Source: an uncultured Candidatus Saccharibacteria bacterium
GTDB taxonomy: Bacteria; Patescibacteriota; Saccharimonadia; Saccharimonadales; CAYVSP01
Reading direction: 5' to 3'
Length of the DNA: 38,844 nt
NCBI GenBank assembly: GCA_964584265.1
Contig: CAZOZI010000007.1
Span: 1-38,844 of the forward strand
The stretch's first letter is position 1. Every line of letters begins with the position of its first letter. The translations under genes and the position numbers were made by a program. Below the pieces are notes generated by a model. It saw nothing but the letters and a program-made list of their open reading frames with translations, was not told where the DNA came from and searched no databases. Positions 19,088 to 27,889 of the stretch are shown in pieces.

Positions 19088-20119
19088 TTATTTATTGAGC
19101 TCATTTTTTAATTTTTCCACCAGATCGACTGGTGTCGGATTGACGCCATTTAAAATAGCCAAATAAATACTCACAAAATCGCCCAGCGTAATACTCCAAA
19201 GTAACTGCTGAAGCAGGTCTTCACCTTGTGGCTCAATCACGAAGGGCTTAGGTCGTTTCCCAGATAGCAGTCTTTGGGAAACTGCAAAACGTTTTTGAAT
19301 ACGTTCATGTTCTAGTTGAGAACGCAGTTCTACAACCGCAAAAGGTTTCTGAATTGGATGGCTATCCCAGCCAATAAATTCATTATGATTAAATTCAGGA
19401 TACTGGTTGCACCAAGCCAGATTTTTGGCGTTTTCATTTATATTAATTTTCCATTTGTATGCAGCTGGGAATAGCAGTGGGCCACTATAAATTATGACGG
19501 ATTTACCCATAAGTTCTTGTGCTATTTGTTTGGCATAGTTACTAGGCGTAGGTATAGTTGGTAGCCAACTTTGGCTGGCTGTCTTTAAGTAGCTTGCTGC
19601 TTGGTGTAAAGCTTGTTCGGCGGTTTCAGTCACTACCAAACCAGCCTTTTCTAATACAGTTACGTAGGCTTTAAGGCTATAAAGCACTGCAAAGCGTGGC
19701 TGACTGGCTTGGGGGATTTGCTCAAACGGATAGCTTTTTGCTCGGGCTATTTCTAGAAGTTTGCCACCAGAGGCAATTACTACAATTTGGGCCCCTCGCT
19801 CTTCGGCTTGCTCTAGTGCTGCCAGAGTCTCTTCAGTATTACCAGAGTAACTTGATGCTATGAATAGCGTCTCTGGTCCTACGTAGGCTGGTACTTGATA
19901 GCCGCGGCAGATTTCAAAGGGCACCTTATAACCCGGCCACGTTACACTAACTAAGGCAGCCAGGGCTGATCCCCCCATGCCAGAAAATACAATATTGCTT
20001 ACGTGCTGCGGTGTAATCTGTAAGTTATAAACTTGTTCCAACTGTTGCCACTGGCCGGCTATAATGCCTAGAGCATCCTGTGGATCACGCTGTTTGATAA
20101 CGTTAAGATCGTCTAGCAA
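19088..20119 (-). CDS. bifunctional phosphoglucose/phosphomannose isomerase
   Basis: GMGGS, SYSGNTEET, NENAK, PEFNHNE. TTG start after a GGAGAGG SD. Confidence 0.93.
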   Translation of the reverse strand: MLDDLNVIKQRDPQDALGIIAGQWQQLEQVYNLQITPQHVSNIVFSGMGGSALAALVSVTWPGYKVPFEICRGYQVPAYVGPETLFIASSYSGNTEETLAALEQAEERGAQIVVIASGGKLLEIARAKSYPFEQIPQASQPRFAVLYSLKAYVTVLEKAGLVVTETAEQALHQAASYLKTASQSWLPTIPTPSNYAKQIAQELMGKSVIIYSGPLLFPAAYKWKININENAKNLAWCNQYPEFNHNEFIGWDSHPIQKPFAVVELRSQLEHERIQKRFAVSQRLLSGKRPKPFVIEPQGEDLLQQLLWSITLGDFVSIYLAILNGVNPTPVDLVEKLKNELNK

Positions 20120-20156
20120 AACCTCTCCTCCAAAGCGTTTATGTTTTACACTCCAT

Positions 20157-20318
20157 ATGGCAAGCGTAATGCAAAATCTGTCTTTTAGCCAGAAGTCTTA
20201 GCGGATCAGAAATTTCTAGACGGAGCGAGACATATCTGTAGATATATCGAGTGAGGGATAGAGGTTTCTGGCCGCTTAGGCACTGGGTAGGAGGCATGTT
20301 TTGTGTTGCGGTTGCCAT
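20157..20318 (+). repeat. 162-nt long hairpin rich in G-U pairs; structured repeat copy 3 or candidate ncRNA
   Basis: ATGGCAA/TTGCCAT, CGTAATGCAAAA/TTTTGTGTTGCG, TGTCTTTTAGCCAG/CTGGGTAGGAGGCA, GTCTTAGCGG/CCGCTTAGGC, TCAGAAATTTCTA/TAGAGGTTTCTGG. Apex GAGCGAG-acatatc-tgta-gatatatc-GAGTGAG resembles copy 1. Confidence 0.7.
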
Positions 20319-20357
20319 CACATATACTATATACGAAATACGTTATAGGAGGGTGGA

Positions 20358-20822
20358 ATGTTTGGCCACGACAACGATCAAGACCAAGCTGATGATAATC
20401 AATCAAATGATAATGCGGTGATCACTCCTACCCCAGATGGTGATTTGGATGCGGGAACTCATGACCAAAGTGGTAACGACACCCAGACCCAGGACAACAC
20501 ACCCACATTAAATGGAGCCAAAGAGGATTCCAGCACGAACGCTACACTGCCATCTGACAATAATGCCGACGAAGATCTGCTCAGTATCAAACAACAAGCA
20601 TTGCAGCAACTTTCACCATTAGTTGGGCATCTAGACCAAACGCCAGAAGAAAAATTCAAGACTACCATGATGATGATACAGGCGGCCGATAATAAAACGC
20701 TGGTCAAAACAGCCTATGAAGCTGCTCAAGCGATTACTAACGAGAAAAGTCGCGCCCAGGCTTTGCTCGACGTTATTAACGAAATCAACTATTTTACCCA
20801 ACAATCAGACAATAAGGACTAA
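20358..20822 (+). CDS. hypothetical protein: acidic disordered N-terminus plus helical C-terminal domain
   Basis: AGGAGG SD. C-terminal L.IKQQALQQL.PLV...PEEKF...ALLDVINEINYF; paralogous to 27569-27889. Confidence 0.85.
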   Translation: MFGHDNDQDQADDNQSNDNAVITPTPDGDLDAGTHDQSGNDTQTQDNTPTLNGAKEDSSTNATLPSDNNADEDLLSIKQQALQQLSPLVGHLDQTPEEKFKTTMMMIQAADNKTLVKTAYEAAQAITNEKSRAQALLDVINEINYFTQQSDNKD

Positions 20823-21338
20823 TTAAGGATCCTGCCGTAATCGTCGGTGCAATCTTAGCTCATTGAATCCAAAGCCAAGTGCAGCGGCAATCACAAAGAA
20901 AGTTGCTGTGCTGCCTGGGCCGGTATTAGGTGTAGCGCTAGATGATTTGCCACCGGCGTTTGTAGTAGATGAGCCATTAGCTGTTGGTTGCGTTGCCGTA
21001 TTCGGCGCAGGTGTGGCTGGTGTAGATGGCGCAGTGGAGTTGTTAGTTGAGTTCGAGGAGCCTGAATTGTTGGGAGATGTATTGCCTGAATTTGTCGTAG
21101 ACGGCACAGATTGTGGTTTTTGAACTGTAGCAACCGGCTTATTTTTGTGAGTTAGTTTTCGATACGTCCAGCGACCACCAAAGAATAAGCCAAGTACAAT
21201 AAGCATCGTGGCAGCCAGGGTTACTATGGAAAGTATCCAAGCTAGACCAACGCGTTCACGTTTTTCGGCTTGGTAATATTCCTGAACTTCTTCAGGAACT
21301 TTCTTGTCTTCTGTTTGCTTACGACGAAAGGGCCACAT
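20823..21338 (-). CDS. surface protein with N-terminal TM, S/T/N/P-rich linker and LPxTG-like C-terminal sorting signal
   Basis: GGAGG SD, TM1, low-complexity linker, then TPNTGP, a hydrophobic helix and RLHRRLR. Confidence 0.75.
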   Translation of the reverse strand: MWPFRRKQTEDKKVPEEVQEYYQAEKRERVGLAWILSIVTLAATMLIVLGLFFGGRWTYRKLTHKNKPVATVQKPQSVPSTTNSGNTSPNNSGSSNSTNNSTAPSTPATPAPNTATQPTANGSSTTNAGGKSSSATPNTGPGSTATFFVIAAALGFGFNELRLHRRLRQDP

Positions 21339-21370
21339 AAAGATTCCTCCTCCCACCGATCTTTTGGCAT

Positions 21371-21399
21371 ATTATAGTAGAGAAATCGTCTTTTGGCAA
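21371..21399 (-). promoter_or_regulatory. sigma70 promoter TTGCCA-17-TATAAT
   Basis: Minus strand reads TTGCCA aaagacgatttctctac TATAAT. Confidence 0.7.
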
Positions 21400-21416
21400 T
21401 TGTCGAGCTAGCGGCT

Positions 21417-23060
21417 TTACATGCCCATCATGGATGGGTCCATGCCACCACCGGCTGGCGCGTCTTTTTTCTCTGGGACGTCGGCTACTAACGCACCCAT
21501 GGTCATGGCAGTACCAGCCACACTTACCGCATTTTGAATAGCTTCTTTGGTAACTCGGGTTGGATCAACAATGCCTTTAGCTTTTAGATCAACCAATTTG
21601 CTTGCATCATTTACGTCAACACCTTGGCCGGCTTTGGCACTCTTGACTTTAGGCAGCCACTCATCAGCATTGAGTCCAGCATTTTCTAGCAGGATTCGGA
21701 AAGGTTGCTCCAATGCGCTAACGAGCAACTGAGCGCCAGCGGCAGCCGAATCGGTTCCGGCAGTTTTAACGGCTACAGTCAGATTAATCAGTGTTACCCC
21801 GCCGCCGGGCACAATACCCTCATCCAAAGCAGCTTTGACAGCGTGCACGGCGTCGTCTACACGGAATTTTTTCTCTTCAATTTCAGTCTCAGTCGCTCCA
21901 CCGACCTTAATGACGGCTACTTTTCCAGATAGTGCAGCCCGACGCTTTTCGAGATTTTCTTTATCATATTCACTGGTTGCGGCTTGCACCTGAATGTTGA
22001 TTTGCGCAATGCGTGATTTGACCTCACTTGCAGAGCCACCACCTTCGATAATTGTTGTGTTGTCTTTGTCGACGATGACTTTGCGAGCAGTACCGACAAC
22101 GTCAAGCTCAACGTTTTCAAACGTCATGCCCCGTTCTTCGGTAATGACTTGGCCGCCGGTCAAAATGGCAATATCTTCTAAGATTTCTTTGCGTCGATCG
22201 CCAAAGGCCGGTGCCTTAACGGCAATAGTATTAAACACGCCTTTGAGTTTGTTCAGCACAAACGTGCCAAGCGCTTCGCCTTCCACTTCTTCAGCAATAA
22301 GTACCAGATCTTTTTTGCCTGCTTGGGCCAATTTTTCCAATAACGGCAAGAAATCCTGAATGGAACTGATTTTCTTATCTGTAATTACAACTGACGGCTT
22401 GTCAGCAACGGCTTCCATGCGAGCCGCATCGGTTACCATGTAAGGGCTCACAAAGCCCCTATCAAAGGTGAAGCCTTCAACCACTTCACTTTCTAGCGCC
22501 AGTCCCTGCCCCTCTTCGACTGTAACTACGCCGTCTTTGCCGACTTTATCGATGACATCAGCAATCAAATTGCCAATTTCCGGATCGCCAGCGCTAATGG
22601 TGGCAACTTCCGCCACGCGCTGTTTGTTGCTCTTAATATCTTCGGAGTGATTGCTCAATTTGCCCAAAACATCATGCGATGCTGTTTCCAGGCCTTTTCT
22701 AAGCTGCATCGGGTTGTGGCCAGCCGCAATCAGCCGGTTAGCTTCGCTCAAAATATGATAGGTCAGAACCGTTACTGTAGTGGTGCCATCGCCAGCTACA
22801 TCATTCATTTTGCTGGCCGCTTGTTTGATAAGCTCGGCGCCAACTTTATATCCTAAGGTCTCGTCATCAACATCAGCCAAATCAACGTCTTTGGCTACGG
22901 TTACACCGTCGTGGGTAACGGTTGGACTGCCGTAGGCTTTGCTCAGAACCACGTTGCGGCCTTTTGGCCCCATCGTAGTCTTTACAGCATCATATAAAAC
23001 TTTTGCCCCGCCAAGTACGCGGCGGCGTGCGTCATCATCATAAAATACTTTCTTTGCCAT
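21417..23060 (-). CDS. groL: chaperonin GroEL
   Basis: TMGPKGRNV, AGDGTTT, KAPAFGDRRK, GIVPGGG, C-terminal GGM tail. Confidence 0.99.
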   Translation of the reverse strand: MAKKVFYDDDARRRVLGGAKVLYDAVKTTMGPKGRNVVLSKAYGSPTVTHDGVTVAKDVDLADVDDETLGYKVGAELIKQAASKMNDVAGDGTTTVTVLTYHILSEANRLIAAGHNPMQLRKGLETASHDVLGKLSNHSEDIKSNKQRVAEVATISAGDPEIGNLIADVIDKVGKDGVVTVEEGQGLALESEVVEGFTFDRGFVSPYMVTDAARMEAVADKPSVVITDKKISSIQDFLPLLEKLAQAGKKDLVLIAEEVEGEALGTFVLNKLKGVFNTIAVKAPAFGDRRKEILEDIAILTGGQVITEERGMTFENVELDVVGTARKVIVDKDNTTIIEGGGSASEVKSRIAQINIQVQAATSEYDKENLEKRRAALSGKVAVIKVGGATETEIEEKKFRVDDAVHAVKAALDEGIVPGGGVTLINLTVAVKTAGTDSAAAGAQLLVSALEQPFRILLENAGLNADEWLPKVKSAKAGQGVDVNDASKLVDLKAKGIVDPTRVTKEAIQNAVSVAGTAMTMGALVADVPEKKDAPAGGGMDPSMMGM

Positions 23061-23072
23061 CTAAAGGTTCTC

Positions 23073-23339
23073 CTATTTAACGGTTGCTAGAATATCTTCT
23101 TCTTTAATCAAAATGTACTCATCGGTGCCTAGTTTCACATCAGTGGTGCTATAACTCTTATAAATAATACGATCGCCAGTTTTAACCTGAGTTACATTCT
23201 TGCCAACGGCCAATACTTTGGCCACTTTGGGCTTTTCTTGGGCGTTATCAGGTAGATACAGCCCGCTTGTAGTTTTGGTCTGTGCCTCTTCGGCTTGGGC
23301 GACCACATGGTCGGCCAGTGGTTGAATATTAATAGCCAT
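23073..23339 (-). CDS. groS: co-chaperonin GroES
   Basis: IQPLADHVV, TTSGLYLPDNAQEKP, EEDILA. GAGGAG SD. Confidence 0.97.
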   Translation of the reverse strand: MAINIQPLADHVVAQAEEAQTKTTSGLYLPDNAQEKPKVAKVLAVGKNVTQVKTGDRIIYKSYSTTDVKLGTDEYILIKEEDILATVK

Positions 23340-23370
23340 CAACGCTCCTCCTCTTAACTTTCAGATTGCG

Positions 23371-23397
23371 TTAGCACTTTAAGCATGAGAGTGCTAA
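23371..23397. promoter_or_regulatory. CIRCE operator (HrcA-binding)
   Basis: TTAGCACTT-N9-GAGTGCTAA, one mismatch from the CIRCE consensus, directly upstream of groES. Confidence 0.93.
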
Positions 23398-23458
23398 CTA
23401 TCAGCAGTTATAGTACATAAACCGCCAGAGGTGTGTCAAGCTATTTTATCGATGTTAA

Positions 23459-24409
23459 CTAAACAGCAGTTAGTATGTCGTCACAACTTGCTTCGAGCAT
23501 GGCAGTCAATTCCGGATCTATACCACTAGAAGGATGGAGCACCATGCTTTTATATGGAGTAAGCAATGCAGTTCTTAGCACTCTGCCTCTATCCCCTTCA
23601 TCATCACCTCTCAAAAATCCTAATTCATATACTGACCCAACCAGATCTTTCAAGTCCTTATGCATTCCTCTGAATAAGCGCTCATAATCTTCGGGGTGAT
23701 GTGGATCATGGACCTGTCTAAGGGTTGTTAAGTCCACTGCCTTTAGCCCGTGTTCACCTACTGCCATATTTTGTACTTGTGCGTCTTGATGAATAAATCC
23801 ATTTTTATGATATCGGCCAAGCGTAAAGGCCGCTTTTTCTAAAGCCGTAAATAGATCTAGATGAGTAGAAAGAGGATCTTCTCCTCTGCGACGCCAGTCC
23901 ACGTTATCGAGACTTCTAACATCGTGCTCCATATGAGTTAGCAGAGTCACATTACCTGAGTCATCTACCCAAAAACCAGCAGGTTGAAGTGTTTCAATGA
24001 ATCCAAGCTTGCGTATATGCTCAAAACTAGCATATTCATGTGCCGCTGCCCGGCGGGCAATTAAATATGGCTTGCATGCTACATCAAAAGTAAAGCTATG
24101 CCCAGTATCAATGGTAAGGTTTAGCTCGCCAAAATATACCCCTTGTACTGATGCTTCGCGTCCAATCCGCCAGTCTGGGCGTTCCTGGAAGCTACTGCTT
24201 TGCAGCATATATTGCTCGAGCCTTAGCTCATCAAAGAGCCCTGGATGAAAGAAAAACCGGTTTCGGCTGGCTGCTAATTCTTCGACAAGTCCGTTCACCA
24301 CGAACTCAGAACCCACAGGCACGGTAACTTGTTCGCCAATGCGAGAATAGGCAGGATAAAAAGCGGGTACACCTAGATTTGGATGATTGTCTGGATTGAT
24401 GCGTTCCAT
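23459..24409 (-). CDS. protein-kinase-like fold protein (Kdo/WaaP/RIO-type)
   Basis: VACKPY (beta3 Lys), AAAHEY (alphaC Glu), YHKNGFIHQDAQVQN (HxD...N catalytic loop), VDLT. Start placed at MERINP, downstream of the promoter. Confidence 0.7.
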   Translation of the reverse strand: MERINPDNHPNLGVPAFYPAYSRIGEQVTVPVGSEFVVNGLVEELAASRNRFFFHPGLFDELRLEQYMLQSSSFQERPDWRIGREASVQGVYFGELNLTIDTGHSFTFDVACKPYLIARRAAAHEYASFEHIRKLGFIETLQPAGFWVDDSGNVTLLTHMEHDVRSLDNVDWRRRGEDPLSTHLDLFTALEKAAFTLGRYHKNGFIHQDAQVQNMAVGEHGLKAVDLTTLRQVHDPHHPEDYERLFRGMHKDLKDLVGSVYELGFLRGDDEGDRGRVLRTALLTPYKSMVLHPSSGIDPELTAMLEASCDDILTAV

Positions 24410-24495
24410 AAGCAGTATTAAATTAACCTTACTGTAGTACAAAATTAAGTTTTTGCAAGGTTTATCCATGCTTTAGGGGTGCTAAAATAATCCTT

Positions 24496-25293
24496 ATGTC
24501 CAAGACTATCTTGATGTGCGCCCCGACTCACTTTGACATTGAGTACGAAATTAACCCCTGGATGGATATTGATAATCATGTAGACACTAAACTGGCTGCG
24601 CAACAATGGCAAAAACTCTATAAAACTTATAATGAGACACTGGGATGGGACGTACAGCTCATTGAACCGATTGAAAAATTACCTGACATGGTTTTTACGG
24701 CTAACGGCGCCTTGGTAATTGATAGCAAGGTGGCTCTACCACGCTTTCGCTATCCCGAGCGCCAGCCCGAGACAGATTATTTCCGTAAGTGGTTTGAGCA
24801 AGCCGGTTACCAGAATATCCTAATGCCGGTTCATGACTTTGAAGGCGAGGGTGATGCGCTGGTGTGGAACGACATTATATTTGGTGGATACGGATTCCGC
24901 AGCGATGTGCAGAGTCATAATGAATTATCGGATTTTTTCGGTAAAAAAGTCGTCGATATCCATCTGGTCGACGATCGTTTTTATCATCTTGATACCTGCT
25001 TAACAATTGTAGGTGATGACACGGTGGCCTTGTGGCCTAAAGCATTTAGTAAAGAATCCCTCAAAAAAATTCACGAAATGGTGCCTAACGTTATTGAAGT
25101 CTCGGACGAAGATGCTATTGTATACGGCCTTAACGCTATGAGTGATGGTAAGAACATTGTTGTCCCTGAGAAAGCCACCAACCTAATACGATCCTATAGT
25201 AATCGAGGCATGAAAGTACACCCAGCTCCAATAAGCGAGTTCCAGAAATCTGGTGGCGGCGTGAAGTGTTTGACTCTAGAGTTAAGGAGCTAG
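24496..25293 (+). CDS. amidinotransferase/pentein-family hydrolase (DDAH or arginine dihydrolase-like)
   Basis: LMCAP..F...YEINPWM, LPDMVFTAN, FEGEGD, FYHLDT, GGGVKCLT. Confidence 0.9.
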   Translation: MSKTILMCAPTHFDIEYEINPWMDIDNHVDTKLAAQQWQKLYKTYNETLGWDVQLIEPIEKLPDMVFTANGALVIDSKVALPRFRYPERQPETDYFRKWFEQAGYQNILMPVHDFEGEGDALVWNDIIFGGYGFRSDVQSHNELSDFFGKKVVDIHLVDDRFYHLDTCLTIVGDDTVALWPKAFSKESLKKIHEMVPNVIEVSDEDAIVYGLNAMSDGKNIVVPEKATNLIRSYSNRGMKVHPAPISEFQKSGGGVKCLTLELRS

Positions 25294-25380
25294 TTTAACA
25301 GCAGAACTTGAATAGAAATTATCGCCAAGCTTTGGCACCAACTACAGCTGGTATACAAACTATATGGATAGGAATACGCG

Positions 25381-25764
25381 CTAGGCAGCGCCTGAAGATT
25401 TATATCGGATGGGTCTATGGCCTGTTCGCATCCTATCTGCAAGATCAAAGTAAAACTCAGCTTCATCCAGTTCAAAGTTCATTCGAGCTTCATACCCTTC
25501 AACATCCGGGGACGTATTGTCACCTGCGTCTTTTACGGCATGTAGGTGAGAAGCCTTTCTGCCAGTTGAATTATCATAAGGATTTCCGGTTGCCTCATCG
25601 TATAAACTACCGCTCGCTGATTCGTTCATGTCAAATAGTGAGGTGTCGTGCAAACCTAAAGGACTACCTCCGTCATACTGATCCGCGCTCTGCCATGTTG
25701 GATCTGGTTCGCCGGCTAGCCCTAAATGGTCCATCTGATATTGTTTGGGTGATTGTTCTCTCAT
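25381..25764 (-). CDS. acidic hypothetical protein
   Basis: 127-aa ORF sharing LFD..E/DEATG/LDEAE motifs with its upstream neighbour. Confidence 0.6.
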   Translation of the reverse strand: MREQSPKQYQMDHLGLAGEPDPTWQSADQYDGGSPLGLHDTSLFDMNESASGSLYDEATGNPYDNSTGRKASHLHAVKDAGDNTSPDVEGYEARMNFELDEAEFYFDLADRMRTGHRPIRYKSSGAA

Positions 25765-25790
25765 ACCATCTATTATTTTAACTTCTCTGA

Positions 25791-26138
25791 TTATTTTTTT
25801 CCATAATTTGGATCATTATCACGAAGCCATTGTTCCGCCTCATCAAGCTTCCTGTCTGGTCGGTGACGTTCTCTGGAGCTTACAATCCGCATGCCTTCGA
25901 GAGCCAGAATTTCATCGTTTATGGTTATGGGCCCGCGAATAACCTGACCGGTCGCTTCATCTGGGAGAACAGCTTCATTATCAAAAAGCGTAGACCCACT
26001 ATGAAAACCTATTGTGCCGTCTCCACGTTGAGCCTTATTGGCTACTGGATCAATATCCAAGCTGGCATCACCCTGATGAAAGAAGTGATCGCTTACATAT
26101 TGACCTTTAATGTCAGCTGGAAGGTGAGGCGTAATCAT
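25791..26138 (-). CDS. acidic hypothetical protein
   Basis: 115-aa ORF with promoter TTGCAA-17-TAGAAT (26152-26180). Confidence 0.65.
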   Translation of the reverse strand: MITPHLPADIKGQYVSDHFFHQGDASLDIDPVANKAQRGDGTIGFHSGSTLFDNEAVLPDEATGQVIRGPITINDEILALEGMRIVSSRERHRPDRKLDEAEQWLRDNDPNYGKK

Positions 26139-26185
26139 AACTAACTGCTAGATTCTAACACATTTCTGTGTATTTTGCAATATAC

Positions 26186-27487
26186 CTAGTTTTTAGGACT
26201 CTGGAGGGCTTGGTGAGCTATTTCTATTTCATCCCATGGATGTTCGCCTTGGGCGTCTTCTTGGGTTTTTTCGTGACCTTTACCCAGTAGTAGCACCATG
26301 TCACCTTTTTTAGCCCGATTAACAGCAAATTGAATTGCCTCGGTTCTGTCATGAATGAAAAACAGGTCTTTATCTCGCACTTTGCCGGCTTTCTCTGCCC
26401 CAATAGCTATATCATTCATAATTTGGTCCGGATCTTCCTGCCTATCGTCTTCCTGAGCCAGAATTACTTCATCTGCATATTTGCCGGCAATTTCGCCCTG
26501 CAAGGGACGCTTGCCCTTGTCGCCACCGCCTAGACTGCCGAAAAGAACAATAATTTTGCCTTTTACCATGGGACGCACATCAGAAAACAGCTTCTCAAAG
26601 CTGTCCGGCGAGTGGGCATAGTCTACAATCACGTCAAAATCCTGGCCTTCGTCAATTCTTGTCATGCGGCCCTCCACGGCTTCAAGCGCAGCTATCCCCT
26701 TCTCTATCTGTTCTTTGCTGAGGCCAAGCACATGCCCGACTCCAATAGCCGCCAGCGAATTACTGACATTGAAGCTACCGGGCAGCTTGCAGTTGATTTG
26801 AAATTCCTCGTCATTCATCAGGGCCTTGTAGCTCACACCATTCGGTTTGAGCTTGATATCCTTGGCTATCAAATCACCCCCTTTTTGCCCGTAGATAACA
26901 GTGTGTTTGATTGTTTTTGCAAAGGCTGGGGCATTCGGATCATCGCCGTTAATAACCCCAGTCTGGAGCCCTTTTTTATTACGATTTGTAATCTTAAATA
27001 ATTTGACCTTGGCAGCCAAGTAGCGTTCAAAGCTACCGTGGACCTGAAGATGCTCATGTGTAATGTTGGTCATAACGGCCATAGAATATGGCACTCCCCA
27101 CACGCGGTTTTGGGCTAGTGCGTGGCTAGTAGTCTCCAAAACTAACCAGTCGATTTTTTGCGATTTGAACCACTTAAGCCGTTGCATTAGTTCTGGAACA
27201 GTTACGTTAGTCATGTGGTGCATTTGTGGTCTAATGTTTTCGTTAACGCCATAAGCAACTGTCGTGTTCAAACCAACTTTGTAGCCTGCTTCTTGCAGCA
27301 TTCTATGAATCAAAAAACAGGTGCTGGTTTTGCCATTGGTCCCAGTAACACCGATAACTTTCATGCCGCGTGCCGGGAAACCATTGATAGTGTTAAACAG
27401 CACGGCTTCAGCTAGATGGCCATATGGTTCAATCCGAGGAAATAAACCTTTAGGAATAAACTTCTTAACTGTCGTTCTAAAGCCCAT
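26186..27487 (-). CDS. murE: UDP-N-acetylmuramoyl-tripeptide synthetase
   Basis: GVTGTNGKT, LETTSHALAQ.RV, TNITHEHL, VEGRM, VDYAHSPDS, GKGHE. Confidence 0.93.
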   Translation of the reverse strand: MGFRTTVKKFIPKGLFPRIEPYGHLAEAVLFNTINGFPARGMKVIGVTGTNGKTSTCFLIHRMLQEAGYKVGLNTTVAYGVNENIRPQMHHMTNVTVPELMQRLKWFKSQKIDWLVLETTSHALAQNRVWGVPYSMAVMTNITHEHLQVHGSFERYLAAKVKLFKITNRNKKGLQTGVINGDDPNAPAFAKTIKHTVIYGQKGGDLIAKDIKLKPNGVSYKALMNDEEFQINCKLPGSFNVSNSLAAIGVGHVLGLSKEQIEKGIAALEAVEGRMTRIDEGQDFDVIVDYAHSPDSFEKLFSDVRPMVKGKIIVLFGSLGGGDKGKRPLQGEIAGKYADEVILAQEDDRQEDPDQIMNDIAIGAEKAGKVRDKDLFFIHDRTEAIQFAVNRAKKGDMVLLLGKGHEKTQEDAQGEHPWDEIEIAHQALQSPKN

Positions 27488-27568
27488 TAAACCAGTATAC
27501 GAAAGTCATTCATTAAACTCGACATAATAATTGATCTTTGCTTTAATCAATAGTAACGAAAGGGTGGG

Positions 27569-27889
27569 ATGGACGACGATTCAAATAAATCAGAGCAAAC
27601 ATCTGTTACAGAACCAGCGAAAGAGGTCAGTGAGCATGATCAGAAGTTTTTAGATATTAAATCTAAAGCAATGGATGCTTTGGTGCCGATTTTGGGTACT
27701 CTGGAAGATGTTGATCCACAGAAAAAATTTGACTTGGCAATTGCAGCATTTCGCGTAAGCGACTCTACTGAACTTCTCGAGAAAGCGCTTGATTTTGCAA
27801 CATCAATCAGTGATTCAAGTCAGAAGGCAGACGCTTTGATCGACATTATTAACGAGGCAAATGTTCAACTTTCTTTAACTAATTCCTAG
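27569..27889 (+). CDS. small helical hypothetical protein, paralog of 20358-20822
   Basis: FLDIKSKAMDALVPIL...PQKKF...KADALIDIINEAN aligns with the C-terminal domain of 20358-20822. Confidence 0.75.
   Translation: MDDDSNKSEQTSVTEPAKEVSEHDQKFLDIKSKAMDALVPILGTLEDVDPQKKFDLAIAAFRVSDSTELLEKALDFATSISDSSQKADALIDIINEANVQLSLTNS

Noticed and set aside
23407-23439. TTGACA...TATAAC as the groES promoter
   Set aside because: The spacer is 21 nt, too long for a canonical -35/-10 pair; only the CIRCE is called.
25308-25781. 157-aa plus-strand ORF
   Set aside because: Antisense to 25381-25764, which is supported by motif similarity to its neighbour and a more protein-like composition.
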